This document shows, piece by piece, positions 13,527-26,320 of a stretch of DNA of 64,000 nucleotides; the first letter of the stretch is position 1; each line of letters starts with the position of its first letter. The DNA lies in contig CAVNZM010000003.1 in assembly GCA_963693365.1 (NCBI GenBank), positions 2,320,768 through 2,384,767 on the forward strand, given 5' to 3'. This DNA comes from Amoebidium appalachense (taxonomy: Eukaryota > Protista > Ichthyosporea). The translations under genes and the position numbers were made by a program. A model generated the notes under the pieces. It was not told the origin of the DNA. It saw nothing but the letters and a program-made list of their open reading frames with translations, and ran no database searches.

Positions 13527-14533
13527 CACACACACACCATAGTGGCCACCCCCCTACCCTCCTTAACGCACAACACAACACAAACAATTGAACAAGCTAA
13601 ACTAACAAGGGGGGTGCCCACCCACCACCCACGACAAACCAGCCAACCAACCACCAAACAAACAAACCGCCCAGGGGGGGGGGTTTGAATGCGGAACACA
13701 GTACGAAGTACGCATAGACGATGAGAAGCATAGTGCAGGACACATGCAAAGGCAAACATTCAAGTATGCAGCATCAGCCATGCGCACAGTATGCGTCATA
13801 AGCAGAGCCCATCCTCAGGGAGGGCCCAAGTCATCAATTGCGTCTGAGTTTCGACCCCTTAGCCCGCGTATATACGACGCTCCAACTCAGACAGCAGCAT
13901 CAACTGAACTTGGGTGGGTCAACCCGTCTTGATCAAAGACGAGCAGGGTTGCTTATGCAAGCAAGGTGAGCAAAACGGTGAAGATGTGTGTGCAAACTAA
14001 TGCAGTGCATCGACAAACGCGTATGTGCTTACAGATGCACGACACAGAGCAACCATGCCCGGTTGCATGGAAGTAAAGATGTCTCCACACAGTGGTCTGT
14101 CCTGAAAGGACACCTCTGAAAGAAGACAGGGGGGGGTTTGAATGCGGAACACAGTACGAAGTACGCATAGACGATGAGAAGCATGGTGCAGGACACATGC
14201 AAAGGCAAACATTCAAGTATGCAGCATCAGCCATGCGCACAGTATGCGTCATAAGCAGAGCCCATCCTCAGGGAGGGCCCAAGTCATCAATTGCGTCTGA
14301 GTTTCGACCCCTTAGCCAGCGTATATACGACGCTCCAACTCAGACAGCAGCATCAACTGAACTTGGGTGTGGGTCAACCCGTCTTGATCAAAGACGAGCA
14401 GGGTTGCTTATGCAAGCAAGGTGAGCAAAACGGTGAAGATGTGTGTGCAAACTAATGCAGTGCAGCGACAAATGCGTATGTGCTTACAGATGCACGACAC
14501 AGAGCAACCATGCCCGGTTGCATGGAAGTAAAG

Positions 14534-14571
<38 letters not shown>

Positions 14572-15749
14572 AGACCTTTCTTTTGAGCGCGGCCAGGGCA
14601 GCCTGTTCCTCGTGCAGTCTCTGCTGCCTCTCTCGGGCACGCAGCAGCGCCTCATTGCGGTCAGCACCTGGATATACCCACAGCGGGATATGTGTCAGAT
14701 ATAGTGGGATATGTGTCATATTTTGGATATGCACATAGTGGGATATGTGTCAGATATACCCAAATGATATGAATCAGATAAACCCAGAGCCGGATATGGG
14801 TCAGAATCAGTTTACGCACAGTGGGATAGGTGGAAATTCGGATTTACATACAAGTGGGATATATGTCAGATATAATGGGATTGTCAGATTGGATATGCGC
14901 ACAGTGGGATATGTGTTAGATTGAATATGTGCAATGGATATGTGTCAGATTGAATATAGTGGGATATGTGTCAAATTGAATATAGTTGGATATGTGTCAG
15001 ATTGAATATTGTGGAATGTGTGTCAGATTGGATATATTGGGATATGTGTCAGATATATTGGATATAATGAGATGGGTGTCAGATTGGATATACAGGGGTC
15101 CCTCGCGTATTAATGCATTCCCATTTTTGGCCGAAAGTGTATTCATACACAAACGTGACACTTTAATCAGTAGATTGCCATATATGGTGTGGCGCCTATG
15201 TATTTACATGTGAGTATAGGGGGAAATCTATATGTCCTCTTATACTATCGTGCAGGGCCGGAAGTGTATCAATACGCGAATGTATAAATAAGACGGTGTA
15301 TTAATACGCGGAGAACCCCTGTACTGGCATATGTGTCAGATGCATAGGATATAATGGGACGCTTGTCAGATTGAATATATGGGATATGCGTCAAATTGAA
15401 TATAGTGGGATGTGTCAGTTTGGATTAATGGGATATTTGTAATTGGACATAATCCCAGTAGGATATGCATTAGCTTCGGCATCAGGGGTAATGAAAAAAG
15501 TGTGTCTCCGTCACCGTGTACATGCATACGTGCCTCGTGAGTCGTCCCCCCCCCCTCCCCCCTCCCCCCCCCCCCCCTTCTCCTACTTCTCCCCCCGTCT
15601 CCCCAGCCCAGGCCCCCTCCTCCCCCTCCCCCCCCCCCCCCCGCCTCTTGCCCATCTCTCTCTCCCCCCTCCCCCCCCCACTCCCCCGATTCCCCCTCCC
15701 TCCCTCTTCCCCTCCCCGCCACCCCTTCTCTCTTTTCCTCACCAACAGC

Positions 15750-15816
<67 letters not shown>

Positions 15817-16360
15817 CCTCCCTCCCTCCCTCCCTCCCTCCCCCCCCTCCCTCCCTCCCTTGGACTTTCCCCTTTCTATCTCTCCCTCTCACTGCCCTCA
15901 TCATCCCCCCCCCCCCCCCCCCCCACCTCTCACTTGTGCATGAGTGTGTATGTGAACCCATGTGTTCGTGTGTGTTGCCGCACAAGCATATCCACCAAAT
16001 GTGCGTGTGCGACCAGTATGCTGGTAACTGTTAACAACGTGCAGCACACCTTGAGGATAAAGCACAGATTCACAATGCGGATAGGCAATAAAAAACACGC
16101 ACATGTTATGCGAAAAAAGTGCAACACTTGCGCGCGCGAGGGGGGCTCAAAATGTGTAACACGGTTCGACGTACGACTACGGTCGGGGAAAAACACGGTG
16201 CAGGACACGTGCAAAAACAAACATGAAAGAAGGCATTCTCAGCAAGTGAACGAGGGATTCGCAGCCGAGCCCCGGGGGAGGGAGGGGGAGGGGGGGGGGG
16301 GGAGGGGGGGAGGGGAGCTAGTATGTATGGCACATTAAGAAGTACAGAGATACAAAAAGA

Positions 16361-16401
<41 letters not shown>

Positions 16402-16716
16402 GTAGAGCATCAAATTGAACGTCAAAAACAAACACGAACAGCACACGACACCTGCAAATAGCGTTCTCAGAGGGGTTTGCCCCATCGTGCCCACATTATT
16501 TCATTCATGCTGTGCTCAAACACTTAACCCAAAAACTGATGTGGTGTAATGGGTGTGTCGGCGGAGGCAGGAAGGGTGGGGGAAGGTAGGGGAGGGGGGA
16601 GGGGGAGTGACAGTTCTTGGCAATTAAAGCCCAGATGTGGGCACGAAAAAGGCCGGGAGGGTGGGTGGGAGGTAGGGGGGGAGGACGGGAGAAGGGTTCG
16701 GAATGGGGAGGACGGG

Positions 16717-16752
<36 letters not shown>

Positions 16753-16946
16753 ATATTACTTGCAGCTGGGGTTGAGGCGGTGCCAGCAGGAGATCTGTCG
16801 GCGAGTGAACGATTACGCCACCACCACAGTGTCAAAACGGCAAGAACGGCAAGCTGAAGGGCATGCTCACGCAGAAGACTCAGCACTGCGGGTGATGCTT
16901 GGTTAGTTACTGGTGTTGAGTTCGAGCTTTGCCATACTAGCTGCAT
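10611..16946 (-). CDS. SELENOS: Selenoprotein S (VIMP/SelS)-like, 5 exons: 16946-16760, 14667-14576, 13044-12943, 11953-11890, 10696-10611 (~176 aa); in-frame Sec TGA at 10619-10617
   Basis: All four GT..AG junctions keep the frame. The product has an N-terminal TM segment ([15 protein letters not shown]), a coiled coil ([34 protein letters not shown]), [16 protein letters not shown], and the end [13 protein letters not shown], matching SelS architecture (GGUG C-terminus). The start codon is uncertain: an upstream exon is possible. Confidence 0.88.
12119..12305 (-). ncRNA. Unassigned intronic structured RNA-like element, diverged copy B (SELENOS intron 3)
   Basis: Aligns to the copies at 13788 and 14241 through conserved blocks (GCTTGCATA, GCTCGTCT..GATCAAG.CGGGT.GACC, TCTGAGTTGG, GGTCGAAAC, GATGACTTGG, CATACT), with stems retained despite substitutions. 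Confidence 0.55.
13788..13962 (-). ncRNA. Unassigned intronic structured RNA-like element, copy A1 (SELENOS intron 2)
   Basis: Minus-strand pairings: CATAAGCA/TGCTTATG, GCTCGTCTT/AAGACGGGT, CCCAAGT/ACTTGGG, TCAGTTG/CAATTGA, GTCTGAGTT/AACTCAGAC, CCCTCC/GGATGGG. The G-U pairs favour the minus strand. Confidence 0.55.
14241..14417 (-). ncRNA. Unassigned intronic structured RNA-like element, copy A2
   Basis: Near-identical to A1; part of the 453-bp tandem duplication. Confidence 0.5.
14680..15470. repeat. Degenerate minisatellite, unit ~ AGTGGGATATGTGTCAGATTG(G/A)ATAT
   Basis: Many imperfect GGGATATGTGTCAGAT copies; interrupted by a MITE. Confidence 0.85.
15093..15321. mobile_element. MITE, Tc1/mariner-pogo type (229 bp, TA target duplication)
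   Basis: Imperfect ~25-bp TIRs (CAGGGGTCCCTCGCGTATTAATGCA versus the reverse complement of the right end CAGGGGTTCTCCGCGTATTAATACA), flanked by TA on both sides. Removing it restores a minisatellite-like unit. Confidence 0.85.
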
Positions 16947-17177
16947 GCAACACTAAACATAAGTAGTGTGTGCATATAGGTGTATGTGCACCTTGAAAAG
17001 GGCAAGGTGGTGAAGAGAGAAAGAGGTAGTAGGAAAAGGGGTAACAGTGGATGGCAGAAGCGGCGCCAGGAGGCAGGGGGAGTCTTGCGCAGGTAAGAAG
17101 TTCGGTGGAGCCGTTGAATGCCGAGGATCAAAATAGTCATCACGATGAAGGAAATAAGGTGGTAGTGGCGTGCACGT

Positions 17178-17216
<39 letters not shown>

Positions 17217-18394
17217 TGTGTCTGTGTCTGTGTGTGTGTGTGTGTGCGCGCGCGCGTGCGTGCGTGCATGCGTGCGTGTGTCCGTGTGAGTCACGTGGAA
17301 GAAAGGCGAGAAGAGAATGTAAGTGGAAACTGGTGAGAAATGGTTGCCAAAAAACGAAATAACAGTTCTTTCTTTTCGTGAGATCTTTTCATATGGAAAA
17401 GTACGCACGTGGAGTTTTCGCATGCGGTCCTACGTCACTGCAACCATGTGCGCACTTGGGTCTGTTTTCGACGTCTTAGACACCCCAACTTGCCTTGGCT
17501 TAGAGGCGTGGCCAGGGATGGCCCCAGTTCCGGATCCTCCATGTTTGTCCTATCCCCCAACCGGGGCAGATGTCCTGCAACAGCAACTGAGTAGATGTCT
17601 CACAAACTGTTATTACCGCTCTAAATTTCCCCCCCCTAGCTTCCGCTCAAAACATTTCTCGGGACCCACAATAACCAATTCTTTTCCTGTTAGCACGGTA
17701 AACTCCAGAGTGCCAGGACGGGGTATCATCAACTACGTGACAAAGAATGTGCTCTGTTATCACCCAAAAAACAACCATAAGAACAGAAGAGCAAGGTGGA
17801 AAGAGATTTCTCGACAAACGAGAAATCGACAAACGAAAAATCGACAAACGACAAAGAAGGTACAACGAAAATAATGGTGGCCTCGCAGTTCACTAATCAA
17901 GAAAGTGCAGATAATTCCCAAATTCAAGCGCCAGCCACACCGCTGTGCGTGCCCAACACAGATCTTCCCATTCAGAAGCTTTACCTTGGTGCCTTCACTT
18001 GTGCAGTTCACTGACACGTTTCGAAGGGGGAAAAAAGTTCCAAACTGACACAAAACTGAAAGCTGATGATGAGCGAGTGACCGATGACGTGGCAACAAGA
18101 ACGAGATGCCGCATTCCGCACATTCCTCGGATGTTGCGCAAACACTTGACGGTCATCGGTTTTGCGCTGAATGTTCAAGAAACGCGTGTGTTGTTGTAAA
18201 CTTTGAAGAGCAAAGTGTTAACGAGGTGCTTCGTAGATAACTGCTTATATAGTTTGGTCCAGGGTTAGACAATACCCCAAAAATACCCTAAAAAATACCC
18301 CACTGCCAGAAAAAAATACCCCGCCTGGAAGAGGCTGGGGTACACTACCCTTCCTGCGTAGGGTACGTGGCCGGATAGTGGAGTGTACATATAG

Positions 18395-18451
<57 letters not shown>

Positions 18452-18736
18452 CCCCTTTTTTTTTTTTTTCTTTTTTTTTTCCTCTTTTCTTTTGACTCGG
18501 GTTTATTGATCCCCCCGAAGGTGGGAACTCGGTGATAGGCTATTATTTTCATGCATGAGATAGTTCGCTCGGTTATCCCGCACTCAGCAGTCAAGTAAAA
18601 TGAATTTTGGCCACCGTAATGGTAAAATTGGGGAACCTTTTGACATAATCTTAAGGTTTTGGGGGCTTTTTGTTGACATTAAGTTACAAATGTCATGTCA
18701 AAAGAAAAGAAAAAAAAATGTCACGGGCCTTACACC

Positions 18737-19453
18737 AGTCTGATGGTTATTTTCGGTTTTTTTTTTTGGCGCGAAACTCCCTCCCTTCAGTCAAAACACA
18801 GCCTTCAAGTCAGTTGTCAGGTGAATCAGAGCCGGTTTTTTTTAAGTTCTCACGTGTCACGCTTTCACCCGTGTTGTTTTTGGGCCCTTTCGCTGTAGGT
18901 CACTCTCTCCATGGGCAAACACGCGCTTCCTAAAATAGGGTAGCCCCTGTGGCTGCCAGCACTCGGCAGCCTGACCATCGCTTTTCAGATGGGAAGGCGC
19001 AGTCGAAGCCTGGCCCTAAAACACTCAAGTTGGGCGATTTTCTTAAACACGCTGCGGTGGTCAAGGCAAAGAAGGCCAAGCAGTCTGGTACGGTCGCCAC
19101 TGAAAAGTCTGTGGGCCAGGAATCAGGTGCTAATATTTCGGTTGCCAAGCAGGTGGCGGAGGTGGTGGAGGAAAATGCAGCCGTTTCTAACCCCCCGGCC
19201 CGGGGGAAGGGGGGGGGGGGGGGGGGGGACAACGAGAGGGATATTACGTTGGAAAGAAAGCCCAGTTGCCTGTAGGCGGAGGAGACAGGCAGAGAGAGAG
19301 CTGGGAGGGTAGTGAGGGAGGGGTGGGGGTGGGGGGGAGAGGGGGAGGCTTCGGAGAGAAAGAGAGACCGGGAGTCTCAGAGCACCGTGAGAGAGGGGGA
19401 GAGAGAGAGACAAACAGACTCTCGGGGAGAGAGGGAGAGAGAGAAAGTAGAGA

Positions 19454-19495
<42 letters not shown>

Positions 19496-20825
19496 TATAT
19501 ATATATATATAAAGAGCGAGGGATTGAAAACTGTCTGAGAGAGAGACTCGGGCGGGGGAGAGGGGGGGCGGGGAAGGGGGGGAGACGGTGAGAGAGAGAG
19601 ACAGAGAGACAGAGAGAGGGAAAGGAGGAAGAACGTGAAGAGAGAGAGACTGTCCGGAAAGCCTGGGGGAAGAGGGGGCGAGAGAGAGAGAGAGAGATAT
19701 ATATATATATATATATAAAGAGTGAGAGAGAGAAAGAGAGAGAACGAGCGAGCGAAAGAAAGAGAGAGACTGGGGGGGGGGGGGGGGGGGGAGATAGAGA
19801 GATAGAGAGAGAGACCGAAAGAAAGAGAGAGACTGGGGGGGAGGGGGAGAGGGAGAGAGGCAGAGAGGGAGTCTGATGGTTATTTTCGGTTTTTTTTTTG
19901 GCGCGAAACTCCCTCCCTTCAGTCAAAACACAGCCTTCAAGTCAGTTGTCAGGTGAATCAGAGCCGGTTTTTTTTTAAGTTCTCACGTGTCACGCTTTCA
20001 CCCGTGTTGTTTTTGGGCCCTTTCGCTGTAGGTCACTCTCTCCATGGTCAAACACGCGCTTCCTAAAATAGGGTACCCCTGTGGCTGCCAGCACTCGGCA
20101 GCCTGACCATCGCTTTTCAGATGGGAAGGAGCAGTCGAAGCCTGGCCCTAAAACACTCAAGTTGGGCGATTTTCTTAAACACGCTGCGGTGGTCAAGGCA
20201 AAGAAGGCCAAGCAGTCTGGTACGGTCGCCACTGAAAAGTCTGTGGGCCAGGAATCGGGTGCTAATATTTCGGTTGCCAAGCAGGTGGCTGAGGTGGTGG
20301 AGGAAAATGCAGCCGTTTCTAACCCCCCGGCCCGGGGGCAGGGGGGGGGGGGGGGACAACGAGAGGGATATTACGTTGGAACTGGAAAGAAAGCCCAGTT
20401 GCCTGTAGGCGGAGGAGACAGGCAGAGAGAGAGCTGGGAGGGTAGTGAGGGAGGGGGTGGGGGTGGGGGGGAGAGGGGGAGGCTTCGGAGAGAAAGAGAG
20501 ACCGGGAGTCTCAGAGCACCGTGAGAGAGGGGGAGAGAGACAAAGAGACTCTCGGGGAGAGAGGGAGAGAGAGAAAGTATAGAGGAGAAGAGGGAGAGAA
20601 AGAGAGAGAGAGACATATATATATAAAGAGCGAGGAATTGAAAACTGCCTGAGAGAGAGACTCGGGCGGGGGGGGAGGGGGGGGGGGGGGGGGGAAGGGG
20701 GGGAGGCGGTGAGAGCGAGAGACAGAGAGACAGAGAGAGGGAGAGGAGGAAGAACGTGAAGAGAGAGAGACTGTCCGGAAAGCCTGGGGGAAGAGGGGGC
20801 GAGAGAGAGAGAGAGAGAGAGATAA

Positions 20826-20857
<32 letters not shown>

Positions 20858-20970
20858 CGAGCAAGCGAAAGAAAGAGAGAGACTGGGGGGGGGGGAGAGA
20901 GAGAGATAGATAGAGAGAGAGACCGAAAGAAAGAGAGAGACTGGGGGGGAGGGAGAGAGGCAGAGAGGGA
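18737..20970. repeat. Tandem duplication, period ~1133 bp, each unit with a ~100-codon Lys/Ala-rich open frame followed by GA microsatellite
   Basis: AGTCTGATGGTTATTTTCGG begins at 18737 and 19870. The ORFs at 18949 and 20081 are nearly identical. Confidence 0.9.
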
Positions 20971-21006
20971 GAGGGAGGGAGGGAGGGAGGGAGTGAGGGA
21001 GGGAGG

Positions 21007-21056
<50 letters not shown>

Positions 21057-22528
21057 GAGAGAGAGACGGACAGAGAGAGAGAAGAGAGAGACTTCAGATC
21101 TCTAGAAGGGGGTGCGCGGGCGCCCCAAGAGAGGAAGTGACCGTAAGAGAAATCCTAAGGAGAAAGACGTATCTAATAAACGACCACCGTTGAAGCTAGA
21201 GACACGGAGAGAACTTAGCACGCAGGAACAGGTGCGACACTAAGCAAAGCTTTTCAGCGGGCGGCGCGCTGCGCGCGCCTCTGGCTATTCATTAAAAGTT
21301 AGTCATCAACACAATGTCTCTATCCTGAGATGAACAGGCGATTATAACACCTAAACGAAAGTTAGACTGGCTGTCTTAGGTTATAATGGTGCGGGTAGGC
21401 GAGTGTGACATGCGTGCTCAGTGAAAACAAAACCCTGAGTTTCAAAAGCACCTGTATCAAGTGTGTTTTGGCTTCAGAGGGGCTGCCCGCCATAGGATAT
21501 ATTTACATATTAGCGGATAGGTATACAAAGGTTTATCTGATCTATCCAAAGTACGTATATCCTGGAAATACCCCACCTTTCGCGAGGCCAAAATGGATGA
21601 CGTCACAAAACTTCGGAAAATACCCGACTTGAAACCCAAATGTCGAACCCTGGTTTGGTCTCGGACATGATATAAAAGACTGTAACAACCCGGCCTTATT
21701 CCTCCCTCCCCCTCCCCCAAACACACACACACACACACAGTGTCACACACCCCACCCTCCCCTACTCTTTCTCCCTCATTCTAATTCTCTCCCTCTCCCG
21801 CCCTTCCTTCCCCCTCTCCCTTCGTCTTCTCGCCTACACATATACAAAAACAAACATACACACTCTCTCTGCCCCCCCCTCTCCCCCCCTCCTCTCCCCC
21901 TCTTGCTCTCTCCACATCCCTCCCTCCCTCCCTCCCTCCCTTCCCCCCTCCCTCACTCCCTCCCTCTCTCCCTCCCTCCCTCCCTCCCTCACTCCCTCCC
22001 TTCTCCCTCTCGCTCGCTCTTAAGCTCTCTTGCTCTCTCTCTCGCTCGCTCGCTCCCACCCTCCGTCTCTCTCTCTCTGCCCCTCTCTCTCTATCTTTCC
22101 CGCCTTCTCTATTGACATCTCTCTCGCTGCCCCTCGTTCGCTTGCTCACTCGTGCGCTCGCTCTCTCTCTTTCAGCCTCTCTTTCCCCCCTCCCCCTCCC
22201 CCCCCCCCCTTTCCCCTCCCCCCTCCCCTCCCGACACACGCACACACAAACACACACACACACACTTGCATCCGCCTGCAGGTTCCAAAAATCATATGTT
22301 GATGAATAGCTGTGTTACCGTTGAAAAGACGGCTGAAGCATTCCACAAGTCTTGGTTACTTTCGCCGACAATCCTGTGTAGTTCTTGGGATTCAGAATCT
22401 TCATGGCACGGGGGCCTATAAGAGAAAATTTTCTTCTTACACCAGGTACGGTTTTAACGGTTTTTTTTTGTTCCTTTTCTTAGTTTTTGGGCACAACTTT
22501 ACCTTTGGGGGCATCCTTACAACCCGTC

Positions 22529-22584
<56 letters not shown>

Positions 22585-22968
22585 ACACCACCACCACCAC
22601 CACCGAACCAGTCGGCCCACCCGTCGGCCTTCCTGCTCACTACCGTTATCCGTAAATTGTCGCGGAGTCATATGTAAGCTGTTATTTCCTTATTCCACAC
22701 ACCAGCTGCTCTGTTGGTGCACCTCAACTCCGCTCTGTGGCGAGTTTTTCTCCGTGAATGGTGTCTCGATGCTTTTTGTTTACAGTTTTCCGTTTGCGTG
22801 CCCTAACTTAGGCCTCTGTCTGAACCCCCCCAAAAGACACGTGTGCACGCACGGGCACGGCTAGGCGCCCGCAAACATACGCACAGAGAAAGAGACAGGT
22901 GAGGGGGGGGGGGGGGGGAGGGGGGAGGGGGGAGGGGGGGGAGTACGCGTGTGTTTGTGTGTGTGTGT

Positions 22969-22999
<31 letters not shown>

Positions 23000-23394
23000 G
23001 CTAGCCACTCGCATGAAAGTAATTAAACTCGCGAACTCCACTTCTCTATTTCTATACAAACTTCTTGATTCTACCCCCATCCCCGTCCTCACCTGCCCCC
23101 CGTCCCCACCTCCCTCCCCCCCACAACAACAACAACAAAAAAAAAAAAACCATTTGGTCGTTTATGTCTGCCTTACCCTCCTCCCTCCCCCCTCCCCCTC
23201 ACCCCACCCCCAATCCCCACCCCCCTCCCATCTTCCTCCCTAAAAAATAAAAGAAGAAGGGAAAACAAGAAACTGACTAAACGCACGGACGCAGGCACGT
23301 ACGCTCGGGTGGGTGCGCACGCAACACACACGCGCGCGCGCACACACACACACACACACATACACACATACATACCGTACATATATACATACAT

Positions 23395-23438
<44 letters not shown>

Positions 23439-23446
23439 ACACATAA

Positions 23447-23520
<74 letters not shown>

Positions 23521-23922
23521 GGTTAGAAAGAGAGCGGCAGAGTGAGAGCTAGAGGCAGAGACAGTGGGGGGGGTTTGTAATGTTTTACCCCCCCCCCCCC
23601 CCCCCCCCCTCTCCCCAAGCATTTATGTTTCTTTCCAGAAATATAATTTGAACACAAATGTGCACACAGATAAGTAGTTTTGTGGTAAAACAAACTCATG
23701 TTGGTTTAATTTTCCTGAGTTTCCGTGGAGTAAATATAAGCTGATGTCGAACGTCATGGTGGGGTGCCTTTATGTTATGATGCTATCACGTCCAGAAAAG
23801 GTCCAAAATATTCGAGATTTCGATGGTAATGTAACCGATTGGTTGATGGGTGCTTGTACTGTGTGTAGCTGGGGGTTTTTTTTTTTTGTTTTTTTTTTTT
23901 GGTTTTTTTTTTGTGTGTGTGT

Positions 23923-23963
<41 letters not shown>

Positions 23964-24925
23964 GTGCACATACAGCCCAATCCAAACATCAACCATACCA
24001 CGAATTCAGTGCATGCACATGTAGAGTAGAATTCTTGGAACTGAACATGCAAGTTGTTCAACCTCCTTGTTCTTACTTGCTTTCGACTCTCTCTTCTCTC
24101 TCTTCTCCTTTCTAACAGGTGTTCTCTTTTTCTGTTCTTTTGAACACAATTTGCCGTAAGTTCGTTAAGGGGGTATGTCTCCTTGCAAGAACGACCGTCT
24201 GTTGCTCTTCGAATTCATGATAATACACAACATTTTATTTGCCATATTCTGGTTTGTAAACGGTGATTTTACCATTTGATTCGTATGAAATCCCTAGGTA
24301 TCACACTGTACATATATGTTGTATGTGAAACATATTTCCCCCCTAAGTTCTGAATATGCTGTGCCGGCAATTCTTCTGCAAATACCTTGGGCTGTCCCCC
24401 CGGCCTTTTAAAAGAAGAGAAACAAAAAAGGAAAGGAAAAATAAAGCTAAACGTACAACCAATCATTAGGAAAAACCCCGAGACTGTGCAACCAATTAAA
24501 CGTGCGCAAGACAGCCACTAAGTTCCAAAAGGCGACACATGTACAGTGACCACAAAGCACCAACCCTAAACAGGCAGGTGCCACGGGATGTGCGGCTGGA
24601 ACCATCTAATACATGTATTCATCACTCGTATATGCATGTGATGTAAACGGTAAATATAGCACACATACATAACCGACAGACAGAAAAGAACATGATCATC
24701 ACGGTCAGTATGACATACACTCAGTTATGAAAATCCCTGCACCTAAGAGTGTTAAACAAAATACTAATATGTGTGGCTTACTAACTTATACGTCGTTTTC
24801 ACATCTTAAGACATAATATCGATACTAGTGCAAACCTAGCAGGGCCAAAAGGTCGTCAGAACCACCCACTTTATACACGTCAGGATTCGACACTACTATC
24901 CCCCCCATACTACCCCCCCCCCCCA

Positions 24926-24963
<38 letters not shown>

Positions 24964-25342
24964 CCCCCGGGGGCGGACCCTTATGGCTGGAGCGACAGTT
25001 TTTGCCCATATATGGCAACTTCGTGCAAATCGCACATTCTGATCAGCACCAGCTGGAATTTTGCCGCGAAAATCTCTGTCGACATCATGATCTGTAAAAG
25101 AATACAGAAAGGGCAAGTCATTAGGCCACGAGACAGGGTGTTTCTCCCATCTCATGCTCCGTGATGGGTGAGCTTATATTTGCCTGTGTTTGTGTGCAAG
25201 CGGGCAGGCGGGTGGACGGGTGTGCACGCCATGGCGTGTGTGCTTATGTGCTCATGCGTGCACCCAAGTGTGTTTTCTTTTTTTTTTTTTTTTTTTTTTT
25301 TGGTGGGTGGGTGGGTGGGTGGGTGGGTGGGTGGGTGGGGGT

Positions 25343-25377
<35 letters not shown>

Positions 25378-25383
<6 letters not shown>

Positions 25384-25508
25384 TGTATGTGTAGGGGGGA
25401 GTGGATGTGTGTTGATTGTGTACAGTACGTATACTGTATCACTGTGACTCCCATACCACCCCGGGGAGGGGGTAGGAGTGGGGGAGGGGCGGACGGGCGG
25501 AGGGGAAA

Positions 25509-25539
<31 letters not shown>

Positions 25540-25660
25540 TGTATGTGTAGGGGGGAGTGGATGTGTGTTGATCGTGTACAGTACGTATACTGTAACAATG
25601 TGACTTCCATACTACTCCGGGGAGGGATGTAGGGATGGGGGGAGGGGCGGGCGGACGGGG
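25378..25660. repeat. Tandem duplication (~157 bp x2) bounded by poly-G tracts
   Basis: GGATGTATGTGTAGGGGGGAGTGGATGTGTGTTGAT...GTACAGTACGTATACTGTA at ~25381 and ~25537. Confidence 0.8.
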
Positions 25661-26115
25661 GGGGGGGGGGGGGGGGGGGGGACCCTAAGTAACTTATGTG
25701 GTCGTTTGCATATGCGCCCATCTGCATGCATAAAAGGCAATTTGTCTGTCGTATCATTGGTTGGCTGCATGCGGCATGCATGGTGTGTGTCTCACACCAT
25801 CCTCACCCCTTCTCCCCCTCCCCTCCCCCCCCCCCCCCCCCCCCCGCCCCCTTGTGTATTTCCCCTCTCCCCCCCTCCCCCCCTCCCCCCCCCCCCCCAA
25901 AAAAAAAAGCATCTGACAGCCACAGCCATGCGGCATGCGGCCCTCAATCACTTTTTGAGGGACCAGCCCTGTGGGGTGCAGTTTGTAGCTCAGGTCCCAG
26001 ACCACTTCCATGCAAGGTGTGTGTTGGGCGGCCTCCCTTCTTCATAATACCTTTGCCCCTTCCCCCTCCCCCCTTTTATTCATACTCTTTCTCTTTATCT
26101 TCTCACTCTCGCCAT

Positions 26116-26176
<61 letters not shown>

Positions 26177-26189
26177 TCTCTCTCACACA

Positions 26190-26254
<65 letters not shown>

Positions 26255-26289
26255 CCCTCCCTTCTCTATCTTCCCTCCCCTCCCTCCCT

Positions 26290-26320
<31 letters not shown>

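Larger units (their letters stand above)
13676..14533. repeat. Tandem duplication, period ~453 bp, 2 copies
   Basis: GGGTTTGAATGCGGAACACAG...GGAAGTAAAG occurs at ~13676-14078 and ~14129-14533 with few differences. Confidence 0.92.

Noticed and set aside
17945-18080. Mariner transposase C-terminal remnant (..LHLCSSLTRFEGGKKFQTDTKLK)
   Set aside because: The resemblance is short, YSPDL and the catalytic motifs are missing, and no TIRs were found.
23740-25150. Possible minus-strand exons of a third gene
   Set aside because: Candidate frames contain stops and I could not build a consistent spliced product or recognise a domain.
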